Of a DNA stretch of 54,483 bases, positions 26,144-39,440 are shown piece after piece. Under the pieces are notes generated by a model, which made no database searches, was not told the DNA's origin, and saw only the letters and a program-made list of their open reading frames with translations. The translations under genes were made by a program, and so were the position numbers. Position 1 is the stretch's first letter. The number at the start of each line of letters is the position of its first letter. Source of the stretch: Paraglomus brasilianum (lineage: Eukaryota); NCBI GenBank assembly GCA_910592345.1, contig CAJVPI010000099.1, positions 1-54,483 of the forward strand. The letters run 5' to 3'.

Positions 26144-28476
26144 TCATGTATTGATATCACTCCCTTCCTCGAGAATAGAAGCAACATGCAAAAGTCTTTG
26201 CTCATCTCCATACTGTGCTAGCAACTGTAATCCAACAGGATATCCATCTTTGGGTGAAATCCCAAACGGAATACTTATAGCAGGAATACCTAATCCAGTA
26301 GTAGGAATAAAAAATTAAGACAATAATACAGACTTTTACAAATTCTATACGTCTTTCTTTCATTCATACCTGCCAAGCTGGCTGGAATTGTCATAACATC
26401 ATTAACATATGCCTCTACAGCATTCCTTCCCTCTGTATTGGTAACTTCAGTAATCTTTGGTGCAGTTGATATGGTAACTGGTGTAATCAACACATCAACA
26501 CCATCAGGTGCCTTTTTATCTGTGTGGTGTAATCCATTCAATGGATTGGCTTTAGTGAAAACAGCATCAAAATCGGTTTGGATAAGTTGGCGAACTTTCT
26601 GAGCTTGCAGAAAGCAATTCAAATAGGAGCTATATATTATAGAGTTAAGACGACATGTGTATGACGCTTGGGATTAAAAAGTAACTCAAAAATACAATGT
26701 AATGATTTAAATAACATACCCTTCAGTCAATGTATAAGTACCCAGAATTATCCTCCTTTTTACTTCTTCACCAAAACCTTCATCTCTTGTAGCAACATAC
26801 AATGTTTCATCAGTTTCTGTTACATTATCACATCTACTTCCTAAATTTCCAAGAAATAACAGATGAGTTAATTGAGACATTGCTTTCACGACACAATATA
26901 TAATAATCATATCTCTTAGTTATGTATCAGCATTCCACAATTTGATAATGTTTAGTTACCATATCTTATTCCATCATAACGAGCCAGATTTGATGACGCT
27001 TCAGCGGGGGCTAAAATATAATACGCTGGAAGCGCATACTGAGTGGACGGACAAGATACTGGAATAATTGTCGCACCTCGGCGATTAAGGTAGTCAATTG
27101 CTTTGTTCCATAAAGTAACAATAGTCGTGTCGAGCTCAGACACAAAGTAAGACTTTCGCGAAATTCGAAATAATTGAGCGTCAATGTTTGACACAACATA
27201 CCAAATAAAAACAAAACAGGTAAAAGTTGAAATTCGCCCATTCACAGCGAATACTTTCAGTCTTAGATATCCGAAAAAGTCGAGAATTGGACTGGCAGGT
27301 TGTCATTCCCTGACGACAGGTTCGTCAAAGCTACGGTTGAAACGACAACCATAAGCAACCTGCCAGTCAATTTTACAACTCTTTTCAAACACTAAAAGAC
27401 TGAAATTCGTCTGAAAATGCCCGAGGATGTCAACATCTTGGCCCGTGAAAGGGGATCGTACAATACTCTAAGATGGAAGGGTTACCTCTGGAACGCCAAC
27501 GCGGATATTAGTCAAATTATCTGCGCAAATCGGTATATGCGAAGAATCTTGTTGAAATATTTCTGATGGAATGGAAGTTGTGTCTTTTTCATCATATATG
27601 GACAAAACATTGTACACAAGCCTAGCATCTTCAACAGTTCTTGCTAAAATTCCGACAGTATCCAAAGAATTTGCGTATGCAACCAATCCCCATCGTGAGC
27701 ATCGCCCATATGAAGGCTTAAATCCAACAACGCCACAATATGAAGCCGGAAGCCTTACTGATCCACCCGTGTCCGATCCTAATGCAGCAAAACACATTCC
27801 ACTAGCAACGGAGGCAGCTGACCCACCTGAACTTCCGCCAGCAATACGAGCTCCATCTTTAAGGTCTTGAATGTGATATGGATTACGTGTTTTGCCAAAA
27901 TGACTATGTATTGTTTCAGATCCCATCCCGAACTCATCCATATTTGTTTTCCCAAGTATTATCGCCCCCGAATTGATTAGTAATTCGACTACTGTTGCAT
28001 TAAATGGAGATTGGAAGTCTTTTAACATTGCCGATGCACACGTAGTTTTTAATTCGCTTGTACAAAAGTTGTCTTTAATGGCAATTGGTATGCCATCCAA
28101 TGGACCCTTTTTATTTCCATCGCGGATTCTCTTGCCAGATTGTTCGGCAAGCTTCCGAACCTTATCTTTCTCTGAGATCTCAACAAATGCGTTAACGTGG
28201 TCATCGTATAGTTTGATCCTTTCAGTACATGCTTGAACCAACTCTAGAGGAGTAATGCCTCCGGATTCCATTAAATTATTAACCTGTGGATAGAATATGT
28301 TTATTTCTCAGGACGTAAAATCGCTTCATCAACAAGTTTGTTGTATTTACCTCTGTGATAGACATTTGCCATATTCTTCGACCTCCAACTGTTTTAGTGC
28401 TAGTCGAATAAGTTTGAAATCCTCGTGAGACACAAGATACTGCATATGCCGTGCGTGCCGAGATACTGTAATTCAT
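26144..28476 (-). CDS. HER2: Mitochondrial glutamyl-tRNA(Gln) amidotransferase subunit A (GatA/HER2/QRSL1)
   Basis: Amidase signature [47 protein letters not shown], plus GatA-type [15 protein letters not shown] and [14 protein letters not shown]. The N-terminus is Arg/Ser/Thr-rich, like a presequence. Confidence 0.92.
27216..27446 (-). other. Long branched hairpin (candidate structured RNA or foldback element) inside the 333-bp GatA intron 27153-27485
   Basis: Perfect 13-bp core (27290-27302 / 27356-27368) extends outward as an imperfect stem and is capped by two short hairpins. Confidence 0.7.
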
Positions 28477-29057
28477 CGTAATCTGTGGATGATATGAAAC
28501 GCGTTGCAACAAAACCAGTTGAAGTGATCATTAGGATGACGTCTTCGGCATTACGCTATTTCATTTTCATTTGTTTCTCAGCGCTACAAATACCATACTG
28601 CTGTTGCTAAGAATATTGAAATTAATCAAACGGGGAAAATCTGACTTGACATCTAGTCTGCTGATTTCAAGTTAACTGTCTGTATTATATTTTTGCCCCA
28701 TATTTTTTGCGTAACCTAACGGATTGCTGACTATTATGACCAGAGTTTGTTCTGCGACCTTACCATTTATATTGAAATATTAACTCGTTACGGGATTCTT
28801 TGTTTAACGCCAAATCACAATATTGAAGAATTTTTCATCACTATCGTTTTGTGTAACGGTTTTTTATCCTAGAAAAGTAATGCTAGCGCCTCATAACGCC
28901 TGCATTATCGTTATATCATAGAATCATAATTTGGCAATTTTCGAACATTCCACTATTTTCGTACTACAAGTCTACTTGATGATGATTGTGTGGATCTCCG
29001 CATTTCAAAAAAGCCACCACTATTTATCATGTGACTTCAAATGAATAGAAAAAAAAA

Positions 29058-29284
29058 TAATCGGGAATTAACCCGACACGTTACACAACCCGACACGTCG
29101 CACAGCCCATAATATTTCTATTTATGGACAGAAACAGGAAGTTATCCGGCAGACAGAAACCAATAATATTGTGATATCATGATTATATCCAATAAAAACA
29201 GTAAAAATCTACTATTAAACCCCATAATATTCGAGATTGTACGACGTGTCGGGTTGTGTAACGTGTCGGGTTAATTCCTGATTA
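29058..29284. mobile_element. MITE (~225 bp) with ~45-bp TIRs, TA-flanked
   Basis: TAATC(G/A)GGAATTAACCCGACACGTTACACAACCCGACACGTCG is inverted at both ends. Each TIR carries two AACCCGACACGT motifs. Confidence 0.85.
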
Positions 29285-30099
29285 TGAAAAAAAATTGGAT
29301 GAATATTTTTCTGCAAAATGATGTAATAGTAACAGCATTTTATTAAGGCTAATGTGGCTGAAGTTAACTAATTTGGTCAACAACACTCAGCTGTAAACAC
29401 AAATTTATTAAATTACAGGTTTAAATTAATATAAGTATAATCCAAGAATAAATTCGCTTGTGAGAGCAAACATTTTAGATTTTTGCAAAACAGTTCGCGA
29501 AGCCTTTTCGTAAAATAGCTCAATTTCTGTCGTTTTTTTTTAACGTCATTAATGCGTAATCGACATGCGCGAATTTCTGCGCATCAATTAGTCATGTGAC
29601 TGTATTATTATAATTCTGTTATTTTATTATTATTTAGTATTAGCGAGCACCTCGTTGTGAATAAAAGTTCCTCGCGATAGTTATTTTATTATTATTATAT
29701 GACAAATTAAAAATTAACGATATTAATATCAGTATCTAACTGCACTAAAGTAAGCATCAATACTTGGGATATTTAACAGAACGCAGGCGAAACATGTTAG
29801 AAGTCTGTTTGTTTGTAAGCCATTTCTCTTTTTTTAACAAGATTTAGCTAACAGCCGAACGGTCGATCGTAAGATTAAACTTCTCGTTAAAATAATTTGC
29901 CATATCGCTATGTTTCACGTTCGGATGTCGCCTAGGTAAATGCTTCGACATTTTTTGAAATTGTTTTCGACTTGCAGCGATATTTAAATCAATAAATACA
30001 ACAAATTTTCTATTGTACTAATAATGCGAATGACGTTATTAAATATTTATTATTATAAAGCATGATATGACGTGCATTTAAAATTCAAGGATAATATGA

Positions 30100-30180
30100 T
30101 TGTGACTGTAAAGGAGGTAAATCACTATGCATGGGATGTGTGACTATATAGGAGGTGACTGTAGGGGGAGGTTGACTGTA
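30100..30180. mobile_element. Orphan pogo-like terminus
   Basis: Repeated GTGACT(G/A)TA..GGAGG motifs ending GGAGGTTGACTG-TA (reverse complement TA-CAGTCAACCTCC). Confidence 0.5.
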
Positions 30181-30244
30181 ATACGTCATTGGTTAAGCCA
30201 CTGATCAGCGTTAGTTATATCGCACATTTTTACGAACAGAAAAA

Positions 30245-32451
30245 ATGACTGACATCAAAGAGAGCCTCAAACAGTTGAAAGAAGGACTAATAACCGAGAA
30301 AGTATATGAAGAAGAACAGAAGACACTTTTCCATCAACTGAGCGGAGGTAACGACTTTGTGACTCGGGCGTTGGGGACATAGAGTAGCGTGTACATAGAG
30401 TAGAGTAGAATTAGTAATATGGGTTGCAATTTATTATATCTATTTTCGTCCATCAAATTGACGACCTTGATATGCTGTTTACTTTATCCGCAATAATTTC
30501 ATTTACTAACTTAAGCCTCATTATGATGCTCATATTTATATTTCTACATCTTCTCCTGCACGATCGAAGCTCAAGAAAGCGCTCCCAAAAAGCTAAAAAG
30601 CAAGTCAAGAGGGTCAGTATTGTTTTAACTTACTTCAAGCCGTCTAACCAATGCTTATTCCCCGGCATACAGTCCATCCGTTATTTGAAGCATACGAAGC
30701 GCTAGGGATCGACTCCAAAACCAGGTTATCAAATCTCGACAAGGCTCAGCAGTACGAGGTGCTGCGACGCTGGCCCGGGTTCTGGCCGAACAATATATAC
30801 ACGTCTCTTAGAGAGGCAGCTGCTCAGTATAAGAACGCTGGCGAAAAGTTTCCAAAAACTGGATTCAATACCAGCAAAGAGGAGTTTCTCATAGTCAACG
30901 GTAGAATGCTCTACATTTGTCAATGTTACCGAATACTTTATAATGCAATCGTCCAAGCCACCGAGAACGAAGATACCTGTATTGCCATGACCGGTACTCC
31001 GGGAATTGGGAAGTCTTGTTTCCTAATTTACTTCATCCTCCGGCTGTTGTATGAGTCCACTGACGACAAACCAAACATTGTTGTATTTCAGCCCGCGCCT
31101 AATAAGTATTACCTTTATTTCGGCACAGAATTCGTCCACGTCGGGAGTCTCAACGACTTTGAGCATGTTTTGGAACTGCCTTATGTCTGGTACCTGTCAG
31201 ATAATGCCATAGGCCCCGAGGCAGTACGTGCAAAAACTGTAATTATGCTGTCACCAAAGAAGAAAGCTGATGAAATATTGATCAAATTTCACGAGTTTTT
31301 CAAGATTCTCACTGTCAGTGGCAAACTCTGCATGCCGCTATGGACCCTCAGTGAACTATCAGCCTGTAGAAAAACAATCTTTCCAGATCTGGATGAAGAT
31401 ATAATGTGTGAGCTCTTTGATAAGATCAGAGGCATACCAAGAAGTTTTTTATTTGTGCCATCAAAAGACCCAAAGCATGCTATTAAAGCTGGCATAAGTC
31501 GCATTGAGAGTGCTTTGAGATCAATTGAGGACCTGGTCAAAGTCTGCCAGTGCCTTGATGAAAGCCATGAGACAATTCAATTCAGCAGTCAACTACTGCA
31601 TATGGTTCCTGATCCAGTAAACTATCTATCAGCTATATGAGTATTCACATTGTCAATGGGCCTCCCAATGGGTCATGGCCAAGTTTTCAGAGATCTTGAA
31701 GAAAGATTCTGTAGACTATCTGAGGCAAAAAGTGGCTGACCATACTGCACTTGACCCCAAGGGCTTATTTTTTGAATGCTTGGTGATAGTCTATTTCAGA
31801 GTAAGAAGGCCACATACAACTATTGGCCTGTTGACAATAGCCAAGCAGAACCAGAGAAACTCACAGTGCAACCCCCAGCAGATGTCATGACATTTCAAGA
31901 TCTGAAGAGTCTGAAGGAGATAGTGAATGAGGCATGTGTGAGGGATGTTGTGAATAAATATCTTGTAGATGATGAGATGGATGAGGAAGAATTGACAAAG
32001 GGGCAGATAGAACAGAAAACGCGGAAGTTAATATTGGAATTGAAGATGTTAGATGAAGCCAATGAAACTGGGATGGATAGTTTATTGGAATTTACAGATC
32101 GAGATCAGTTTTTGCTACCAAAACAGAGGAATTTCGCCTCTATTGACCTCATTCACTGGCCCAAAACAAGTGATTATATTGAGCTTTTTCAAATCACTAC
32201 ATCCAAATCAAGCTAGAACCACTTAAAAAGATTATGAGAGTATTAAAGTGGCTCTGGGGATTGGCCAGTTTTGACTCATCTTTGTCATACCAAATGATGT
32301 ACCTGACTATTACTATGGCTCTCAGAACTATCTTGGTCCAGGTAAAAGGGTGATTCAGGATCAAGATACACTTGATTGGGTGGAAGGTCACATAACACAA
32401 TGGTTTTTGGGAATTGAATTGAGAGGGTTGGATGAGCAGGAGGAAGATTAG
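30245..32451 (+). pseudogene. Crinkler/RHS-type P-loop NTPase + restriction-endonuclease-like gene, disrupted
   Basis: Walker A TGTPGIGKS.FL.Y, WYLSD, SPK, MPLWTLSEL..CR, GIPR, WAS.WV, GLFFE, and the REase-like P..RNFASID...LFQIT.S. Frameshifts or stops near 31640, 31775 and 32215. A short first exon lies at 30245-30347. Confidence 0.8.
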
Positions 32452-33283
32452 AGGTGTTGGGACAATATGGTCTGACTGACTGTATTACATGAAAGGATTA
32501 TATCAGGTTTATCATTAATATTTGCTAATGATAATTATTGTTTACTGAAGATGCAATGGAGAAGTACTAGTCATATGGCAAATCTTATCCCGCTAATATA
32601 TACTAATACGAGAAATTCAATATCGACACCATATTTGAGGTAGAAAAAGCAGCACGTGAAATGGACAGATGAACTTTTAACAATGTTTCCTCTACTAACA
32701 TAAACACGATCAGGAGAATTATATTATTAGGTCAGACAGAAATGTTAAATATTATTTACAGCTTCGGCAAAACGTTAGGCCTAAAATCGAAGCCAGTTGC
32801 TTGTTCTGCTTTATAGATAAGCTGCTAACACGATATTTAGTTGATCAGTGACATTTTTAGTAGTGATTATTCCTTATACTAATTCTAAGACGAACTTTGG
32901 CAAACGCGCCTACACCTAGAAGGGAATATGCAATCTGCTAATTCATGATTCTTAACATATAGTGTAGTCTCTAAGATATGAGAATACTCCCTGACATCAA
33001 TAAAATCACAATAGTCAACGTATAACTGGTACCTCCTTTGACGGCGAGACAGGAAAATAGGTGACCAAATAAGCGTTTACAATATCAGGTCGTAAATCAC
33101 CAGCTTACACAATTGTATATGAAGGAATATATACTCTTATAGCATAAAAACCAAGTGGTCTTCATTTACTTAGACCAGGAAGTTGAGCGCGAATACAAAG
33201 ACGCCATGCAACTAAGATTATCAGGATAAGCGAATGTCACCATCGAATTTTATATAAACACGCACAATTACACATAAGAATTC

Positions 33284-36200
33284 TCATGGGAACTTTTTTG
33301 TTCGTTCTGCCACCCAATCTGCACCAAGGGCCATTAAGATAAACGAATATTTGTCGGTGGCTTCATCGAGCTTTGATATTGAAACAGAAGAGCGGAGAAG
33401 GTTTGTTAGAAATGGATTGCATTGATGGAGAAGTCTTAAGGTTTACCTACTTTTTTCTGTGTTGGTTTCCCTGAACCATGGCCAGCCTGCAGAGAGAATA
33501 AATATAGCTAGTAAGTCAACGTAATTTCTTATTTAAATTGTCATGTACAAAATTCTTACCTTGACGTCAACGCGAATTGTCAATGGATTTGGATTGTTCT
33601 TAGCGACGTGTTGCAATTGAGCAATATATTTGTAGGAATGCAAGGGAGGACTAGTAGTTTGCGATATAATTAAAGCCTTAAGTTTCTAACACCATTCTTA
33701 ATATAAAGTAGTAAAGAAGCACATACACTCTGTCATCATGATCGGAAGTGGTTAACAGTACTGATGGATATGGCTTCTCCGACTGTACATTGTGGACAGG
33801 TGAATATCTGTAAATGAACAGTTGCAAATTATTAATGCATATAGCAGGAAATGACTTGTTGTTGCTGTAAAATCTCTCTAAATGTCCGCACTTGTAAATG
33901 TATTCAAAGTCTTCTTTCTTGTCAGGATCTCCGTAGTCACTTTTCCACGCGTAGCCAATCGTAAACTTGTGATATCGCAACACGTCCAGTACGCCGACGT
34001 CGGACACCGCTGCTCCAAATAGCTCTGGTGCCTACCACGCCATATAGCAATTAGACAACACGACTACAATAAAATACCAATAGATTTACCTACCTGATTA
34101 ATACAAGCTCCAACCAACAGACCGCCATTAGACCCTCCGTTGATGGCTAGTCTCTCAGGACGTGTGTATTTCACACCCGCTAGCCACTTGGCAACTGACT
34201 TAAGACGAGAACATTAGGGCGTTTAATATTTCTTTCTAAAAAACCGAATAGAACCAACCTGGAAATCGTCAAAACAGTTTTGCTTATTTTGTAACGTTCC
34301 TGCACGATGCCACTCTTCGCCATATTCTCCGCCGCCACGTATGTTAGCGACAGCTACAACGCCTTTATAAAACATGATAAACATCATCCACGGCACGCTA
34401 AACACCGGTTTTACCATATAATTAAATCCACCGTATGCGTATAATAATGTCGGATTGTCTCCGTTAAGTTGTACGTCCTAAATAGTAGACAGTTCCAGTT
34501 TCAAGGAGAAAATCATTGTACTTTCAATCAAATCAGCTTCTAACCTTGCGTGAAGTAATGAAGACAGGAACTTTAGTCCCATCTTTGCTAGGAACAAACA
34601 CTTGCTTTGTGCACAGATTATCGGTATTCAGCCCCGGGACTACTGTCTTTTTGAATACTCTTAGTACCGAGTCGACAAAATTGTACCGATAAATAACCCC
34701 AGGATTTAGGAAATTGGTAAAGTGAAAAAACATCTCTTTATCCTTTCTCCGACCAGACACTGCCGCTATTGCTCCAATTGGAATTTCAAGTTGGCGGATT
34801 TTCTCACCAGTGTGGAGAGAATAAATGCCAATTTCTTCTTTAACATCGTGAAGGTATGTCAGAATAAGGTTATTTTGATGGACCACGTGCGCAGACGAGA
34901 GGATGTCGTCTGGGCATTCGGGAACAAGATCAACAAAGCCCTGATAATAGCAAACTATTAATGTGACCTGCGTTGGTAGACTGATTCATAATGATTCGTA
35001 CATACTTCTTCGGGTTTAGAGAGATCATATTTAACGATCTTAGAACGAGGAGCGTTCAAATTTGTTCGAAAATAGAAGACAGTCTCATCATTGGTTAAGC
35101 TGAATTGATGCTGATGAGTTAACTAGCGGAATTATCGTGCCATAGCATAGAGTTTAACATAAATACACTTACTAGCGATATTCCGCGTCAAAATTATCCA
35201 CTATTTTGTAAAATTCAAGGTTTTCTAATATCGAAATATTATTACAAGGAAAAGGATAAGCATTTCGGGACGAGTCATAATTAACGGCAATATTAATCAA
35301 TGGTAGATTCTTTGATTGACATACCAGTGATCTTTCCTCCTGTTTTCTGTAAATCTGTTATCCAGAGCTTGTTGACACGCTCAGTACTCCTAGTGATTTC
35401 CAAGAGCACGTAACGCCCATCGTCCGACATCCCCATATAATGTAAATACTCTGGATGCTCAGGGTCTTTATAGACTAATATATCTTCGGCTTGTAAAGTG
35501 CCCAGTTTGTGATAATAGATCTGAAAATATAGCATATATTGATTAACTGAACTTCATTCTTTAACAAATAAGCGAGGATAACTCTTACCATCGGATTCAA
35601 GCTCTTATCTATCTCTGTGCCTTTATCGTCTGTTTTCGGTTCGGCATATCTCTATATAAACAATGATCAATTTCTTGCACATATTCTATGGCATTCTTGC
35701 ACGCGACATATCTTTGCATACACTGTAGAAAAACCCAACATCGTCATGAGTGAAATCAAGGTAGCTGTACTTTAACCAGTCAATGACGTCGTCCAGCTTT
35801 TCGTTCGAGCCTTCGGCAGTCGTCTTTACATAGGCTGTAGCCCAGTCACTGCCTGGTAATGTGATCAAAGAATAAATTGTAATAGTCTTATTGTCAAGTA
35901 ATTCGAAATATACTTTCATTCTAAGCATCATACCTGATTTAGATATAGCATACACGAAGTATTTTCCCGACTCTGAAAAGTTATAAGTTCTGATAGCAGC
36001 AGTTCCGTCTTCTTCAAGTGTGTTGGGCTGTGCATAATAAACCATCAATGTAAGGATATAATCAACTATTATTTGCGACATGGACAGGTTATGACTTGAA
36101 TAGCTTACATCAAAAAAGACTTTGGCGTCGGCTTGAAAAGATGATAATTGATACAAGACACTGAAAATATTCGTCAGCAATAGGAAAACCAAGAAATTAC

Positions 36201-36681
36201 GTTTTTTCGTATTGGGTCAGAGAATACCTCTGTTGTTGCAAGCCAGTGTTATAAAAATAATAATAATAATCCCCTGCTTTGAACGGACATCCATATCGTT
36301 CGTAATTGTACATGCTAGTCAACCTAGTAATTATCAATCGCATATGTCATTAGAAATTCATGATTAATTTTTACTCTCGACAACTCACTTACTTCTCACG
36401 AAATTTTTCACGATACGGATATGACTCGACAATCTTGGATAACAGTTCATTCTGGTTCTTGACAAAGTCCTAGATAGTGGATAGAAGTTACGACAACAAA
36501 GGTACACGTATGCTTCAATTGGTAACTTTCCCAAAAATTTTTTATGCTCAAATTTTACTTTTGTTTCCTCGCTATCAGGATCTTCCAACCATCGATATGG
36601 ATCGTATATTTTATATCCATGTAATTCTTCGTAGAAGTTTTCATCTCTTCTGACCGGAGGATATTCCCATTGGCTAGACAT
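33284..36681 (-). CDS. PREP: Prolyl oligopeptidase (S9A); many exons
   Basis: [39 protein letters not shown], and catalytic motifs GGSNGG, DHDDRV, AGHG.GKP. Confidence 0.95.
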
Positions 36682-37200
36682 ATTAGTAATATTAGTACGA
36701 GCAAATGTCTTTAACGTCCTTGAGATTGGAATCCGCGAATTTGTTGTAGCATCGTACGTCGCACATCGCACACATAAGAATACACGCACGTAACACGACA
36801 AGGAAACAGAAAGTTCTGAACTAATATTAATATTAGTATGTTAATTTCCTAATTTAATAAAACGACAGCAGCTAAACTGGTCCAATACTAATTACTAGAA
36901 TTTCAGGTCTAGTATTCAGTTTACGTTAAATATATTAATATATCAAAATGCCTTAATTATTTAAAACGGCGATTTAGCAAACAAATATACAAAGATGTTT
37001 ATCAATCCGTAAAGGAAAAAAGTTACATGTATTAGTATTATTCGAGACCTAATAAGTACAGAATTATCGCGCTAAACTTTTTCCATAATAATAAAAAGAC
37101 TCGAGTCTAACCGATTGTGATCGGTCATGTGTAACAGTCAGTCGTTTGTAGATCAGTAGTAGCGACTCTACTTGTCTACTTTAACTTGGTTTACGCAAAA

Positions 37201-39440
37201 ATGTCTTTAGCAGATGAACTACTAGCTGATCCTGATTTCGGCGACTCTTACGATGCAGATGAGGGAGACACTAACATGTACGGTGACGAGGCTGGCGGGG
37301 AGGACGTTGATATGAATGATCTTGAAGATTTATCTGATGAGTCAATGGGGGAAGCTCAAGAGGATCAAAAACTCCAGGAACAAGAAATGAAAGGGATAAA
37401 AGACGTACGGAAAGTGGCCAAATTACTAGGATCGAATCACATGAGGGAAACCCTATCGGTTAGTGTTCTTTATTGTACTCTTAACAGTCGGAACTGCTTC
37501 CCTTTAACTGTTGGGCATCTTTGCAGAGAATAGAAGATCTCAAAAGTATCGAGCGTACGGCACCTATCACAGGCCCAGTCGAAGAAGACCCCGAGTACAA
37601 ATTAATAGTCCAGTCAAATAATTTGACTTCAGACATGGATAATGAAATCATACTTGTACATAAGGTATATACATCGTCACATTATTGATTATAGTCTTTT
37701 CCATTCAAGAAAAGCTAACCTTATTTGTTATTGCAGTTTATAAGAGATCATTATGCGAAAAAATTTCCAGAATTAGAATCGCTAGTTCTTAATCCTTTAG
37801 ATTATGCAAGAGCTGTAAAGGCGATTGGGAACGAAATGGTATGTTTGATCTTCAGCCCTTGCCTTCTTTTGTTGCTATTTTTTTCAGATATTTTTATCCA
37901 TTCTTCTTTTTTAACAGCGCCCGTACCGATGTGTAAACATTCCACTGTTCCCTTCGCAAAATGCAGGATCTCACTAAGATCGATCTGCGATCTATGCTCC
38001 CATCGGCTACGGTAATGGTTATAACAGTTACTGGATCTACCACTACTGGTCAAAAGCTTACCGAGGAGGAAGCAAAAATTGTAGAAGACGCGTGTGATAT
38101 GGCATTAGAATTAGATGCCGCAAAAAGAAAGGTTTGAAATAAACTAATTAGCAGATTTGGTTTCACATCTGTCAAGGAACTAATAATGAGTCGTTAAACA
38201 GATCCTTGAATATGTCGAATCACGTATGGCTTTAATCGCGCCCAACCTCTCGGCTATTGTCGGCAGCACGACTGCGGCAAAATTATTGGGTCAAGCTGGT
38301 GGACTAATGGCGTTTTGTAAAATGCCCGCGTGTAATGTCATAGTAAGTTTTGATTTGGGGGCTGATGTGTGCAAAAGTCATTCAACTTACGCAAGATCTT
38401 GCTCTCTTTTAGCTTATTGGTGGTCAGAAAAAAGGCAGTACAGGCTTTTCGACTGTTGTTTCACCGCGAAATTCGGGATATTTGTTCCATTCAGAGATTA
38501 TTCAAAGAACTCCTGCTGATCTCAGAGGCAAAGCATTGAAGATTGTCGCAGCCAAGTGAGTAAATCACCGGTTGAAATGACAGGAGAATTTAATTAAGAG
38601 TTCGGAAAGGATTCATATTATTGCTTTGTTAGATGTATCCTTGCAGCAAGAATGGATCGCATGCACGAGTCGTCTGATGGTTTGTGTATGATGATTAAAC
38701 ATTGTATTTTTGTTTCTTGGTTTTCATCTAATGTTATTTTTACCGTCAGGATCATATGGGCATTCGTTGCGAGAACAGATAGATAAAAAGCTCGAGAAGA
38801 TGCAAGAACCACCACCTACAAAGGCCGTCAAACCATTGCCAGTTCCGGATGATGGACCTAAGAAACGTCGGGCTGGCAAAAGGTAAGCATGAAACATTAA
38901 ATCAAGGTCAAGAATACTGTCTAACGCAAAACTTCAAGAATACTGTCTGAACAATTTCTTTTCTTTATACAGAGTCCGACGTACGAAAGAATCGTATGCA
39001 GTTACTGAATTCCGCAAAGCTCAGAATCGCATGGCCTTTGGTGTTGCGGAGGACGAGACCATATCTTTTGACAAATCAAAGGGGCTTGGACTAGTTGGCA
39101 CCAATTCTGGGAAAATTCGAGCGGCAGTTGCTGATCCACGAACAAAAGGTATAATGCAATTCAAGATGATTTTATGGAGACGAAAATACTGCTCGAATTA
39201 ACGCTTTTCTCATCTATCGTAGCCAAAGCGCCAAAGAAACACCACTTTTTAGGAGGTTCTTCAGGTGCCACTTCAGGATTAGCGTCTTCCTTGGCATTCA
39301 CTCCTGTCCAGGGCATTGAGCTAATCAATCCGGAAGAAGCACAAAGAAAAGTGAAGGAAGCTAATGACAGATACTTTGGCAGCGCCACATTCGTAAAAGT
39401 TGGCAAAGAAAAGCAACAAAAAAGTAATAATGGACATTAA
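37201..39440 (+). CDS. PRP31: U4/U6.U5 tri-snRNP protein Prp31; multi-exon
   Basis: [92 protein letters not shown]. Confidence 0.95.

Noticed and set aside
27299..27350. Hammerhead ribozyme-like core (GTC..CTGACGA..GAAAC) on the + strand
   Set aside because: Stem III can form, but only 5 unpairable nt (ATTCC) are available for stem I and stem II has no closing pair.
27153..27485. SRP RNA, TPP riboswitch or C/D snoRNA identity for the intron hairpin
   Set aside because: The topology loosely recalls SRP RNA, but the GNRA loops, helix-8 motif and Alu UGUNR are missing. No TPP aptamer consensus is present, and the box-like words are buried in stems.
33284..36681. Prolyl oligopeptidase as the macrocyclase of a RiPP cluster
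   Set aside because: No MSDIN-like or repetitive precursor is nearby, the neighbours are unrelated, and the (AEQ)n repeat lies in a transposase relic.
36682..36801. In-frame N-terminal extension of PREP from a TTG codon
   Set aside because: There is no in-frame ATG and there are several out-of-frame ATGs. It cannot be supported without TSS or ribosome-profiling data.
38635..38642. GTATCCTT as a U12-type 5' splice site in PRP31
   Set aside because: It lies in coding sequence (K-CILAARMD) immediately after a normal AG acceptor.
38908..38948. Short direct duplication TCAAGAATACTGTCT in a PRP31 intron (a similar one lies at ~5686-5724)
   Set aside because: Ordinary local slippage duplications with no further structure.
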